The notes beneath the pieces were generated by a model, which searched no databases, was not told where the DNA came from, and saw only the letters and a program-made list of their open reading frames with translations. Below are positions 62,316 through 64,000 of a stretch of 64,000 bases of DNA, piece by piece (position 1 is the first letter of the stretch; each line of letters opens with the position of its first letter). Origin of the DNA: an uncultured delta proteobacterium (GTDB lineage: Bacteria > Desulfobacterota > Binatia > UBA9968); assembly GCA_963737905.1 (NCBI GenBank), contig CAVTUQ010000008.1, forward strand, positions 32,001 to 96,000. The letters run 5' to 3'. The translations under genes and the position numbers were made by a program.

Positions 62316-63020
62316 ATGAGCGGAAACGGAAAATCCTATCGAGCTGCGTTGGCGAAACTCGATCGTAACCAGCGCTATGTTTTGGAAGACGGTCTTCGAC
62401 TCGTGAAGGAAACGGCCCGTGCCAAGTTTGACGAAACCGTTGAGATCGCCGTGCGCTTGGGTGTGGATCCTCGGCAAGCAGACCAGAACGTCCGGGGCAC
62501 GGTGAGTCTGCCGCACGGGATGGGGAAAACCGTTCGGGTTCTTGCCTTCGCCAAAGGGGAGAAGGAAAAGGAGGCGCGAGAGGCTGGAGCGGACTTTGTC
62601 GGTAGTGAGGAGCTTATCAAGAAAATAAGTGAGGGCTGGTTAGACTTCGACAAGACGGTGGCGACTCCTGACATGATGGCAGTCGTGGGCCGAATCGGTA
62701 AGATTCTGGGTCCTAGAGGGCTCATGCCAAACCCTAGGACTGGGACGGTGACCGGAGACATCGGTAAGGCAATAAAAGAGATCAAAGCAGGTAAACTTGA
62801 ATTTCGCGTGGACAAAGCAGGAATTGTGCATGTGCCGGTGGGGAAGGCTTCTTTCAATCCAGAACAACTGATCGACAATGCAAAGGCCGTCTTGACGTCC
62901 ATTCTAAGGGCCAAGCCCGCTTCCGCTAAGGGAAACTACGTTCGTGGGGTGACGATCTCCGCGACCATGGGACCCGGAATAAAAATCGATCTTTCTCAAC
63001 TGCGCGCCATGGCTGCGTGA
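62316..63020 (+). CDS. rplA: 50S ribosomal protein L1
   Basis: [29 protein letters not shown]. Confidence 0.97.
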   Translation: MSGNGKSYRAALAKLDRNQRYVLEDGLRLVKETARAKFDETVEIAVRLGVDPRQADQNVRGTVSLPHGMGKTVRVLAFAKGEKEKEAREAGADFVGSEELIKKISEGWLDFDKTVATPDMMAVVGRIGKILGPRGLMPNPRTGTVTGDIGKAIKEIKAGKLEFRVDKAGIVHVPVGKASFNPEQLIDNAKAVLTSILRAKPASAKGNYVRGVTISATMGPGIKIDLSQLRAMAA

Positions 63021-63074
63021 GATCGCATCTTTTACGGTAGTGTCCATTTTCTGAATTGATATCAGGAGAAGAGC

Positions 63075-63617
63075 ATGGCGGAATTGGAAATTGTACGCGC
63101 GAGTCACGGCGAAAAGGCTGAGACTGTGGCGTTTGTTCATGAAAAATTCAAAACAGCGAAGATGGCCATTGCCACCGAATATCGCGGCCTTAGCGTGGCT
63201 CAGATGACCCGCCTGAGGCGGACGATTCGTGACGCTTCGGGAGAATATCAGGTCATTAAAAATACCCTCGTGCGCCGGGCGCTTAAGGACACCGCTTATA
63301 GTACGTTGGATCGTTTGCTTGACGGGCCGAATGGTTGGGTTTTCGCGTACGAGGATCCGGTCATGCTCTCCAAAGCCCTCGTCAAGTTTGTTGACGACAA
63401 CGAGAAATTGACGATTAAGGGCGGTGTTTTCGAAGGGGAGTATATGGATCCGGCCAGGGTCAAGGTCTTGGCCCAGATGCCGAGTAAGCCAGAACTTCAA
63501 GCCAAATTACTTGCTCTCATTCAGGCTCCCGCGACTCATCTAGTTCGACTTATGCAGGAGCCGGGAGCGCGGGTTGTTAGATTGATCGAACTATTGCGCA
63601 AGGGAAAGTCAGAGTGA
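63075..63617 (+). CDS. rplJ: 50S ribosomal protein L10
   Basis: EYRGLSV, VIKNTL, MPSKPEL; operon position. Confidence 0.95.
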   Translation: MAELEIVRASHGEKAETVAFVHEKFKTAKMAIATEYRGLSVAQMTRLRRTIRDASGEYQVIKNTLVRRALKDTAYSTLDRLLDGPNGWVFAYEDPVMLSKALVKFVDDNEKLTIKGGVFEGEYMDPARVKVLAQMPSKPELQAKLLALIQAPATHLVRLMQEPGARVVRLIELLRKGKSE

Positions 63618-63665
63618 TGCCATCGGAGATGTTGGTTTGGAACGAACTTAAAAGGGGGAAGGTTT

Positions 63666-64000
63666 ATGCCAGAGGTATCCAAGGATCAAGTAAAGGACTT
63701 TATCAAGAACATGACGTTGCTGGACGCAGCGGCTCTCGTTAAGGAACTCGAAGAAGAGTTGGGCGTGAGTGCGGCAGCGCCAGTGGCGGTTGCGGCCGCC
63801 GCGGGCCCCGCGGCTGCCGCGGCGGAAGAAAAAACTGAGTTTAACGTTATTCTCGCGGAGGCGGGTGAAAAGAAGATTCAAGTGATCAAGGTCGTTCGGG
63901 AGCTTACTGGTTTAGGCTTGAAGGAAGCTAAGGACCTGGTCGATGGCGCACCCAAAGCTGTTAAAGAGGGCGTCGCCAAGGCGGAAGCGGAAAGCGTCAA
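63666..64000 (+). CDS. rplL: 50S ribosomal protein L7/L12 (runs off window)
   Basis: [45 protein letters not shown]. Confidence 0.96.
   Translation, partial: MPEVSKDQVKDFIKNMTLLDAAALVKELEEELGVSAAAPVAVAAAAGPAAAAAEEKTEFNVILAEAGEKKIQVIKVVRELTGLGLKEAKDLVDGAPKAVKEGVAKAEAESV

Overview
Bacterial chromosome segment from a diderm organism (LptF/G, TonB, porin). Gene content suggests a deltaproteobacterium-like lineage such as Binatia, which is an inference. It has four blocks. (1) 0.8-13.6 kb: a long minus-strand iron-uptake operon (cytochrome c-FTR1 permease, ExbB/ExbD/TonB, HemP, TonB-dependent siderophore receptor, PiuC, DUF3016, PepSY-flavodoxin, siderophore-interacting protein), divergent from a DtxR/MntR-family repressor. 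It carries an apparently undescribed post-transcriptional layer: a Com-like 4-Cys ribbon protein, two copies of a covarying CCAGAG-CCAGAG-terminator RNA element, two paralogous small VHxHY proteins, and a HemP-linked leader that can sequester a start codon. (2) 19.6-33 kb: a sigma-54 nitrogen cluster with 3 near-identical PII genes, 2 Amt, truncated KdpD/KdpE, glnA, a GATase coupled to an ANTAR protein whose receiver lacks the phospho-Asp, a textbook ANTAR dual-hairpin attenuator before an unknown gene, and a porin. (3) 33-48 kb: transport and metabolism genes, including a UGA-recoded GrdB/PrdB-like selenoprotein with a SECIS-like hairpin, plus yggS/yggT, rph, rdgB and tRNAs. (4) 48-64 kb: core genes (tig-clpP-clpX-lon-hup, rplM-rpsI, lptFG, rlmB, tRNA-tuf-rpmG-secE-nusG-rplK/A/J/L). 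Many accessory genes show single-base frameshifts, most likely long-read indel errors. I found no CRISPR array, rRNA, integrase or transposase. All calls come from motif reading by eye, and no database search was run.
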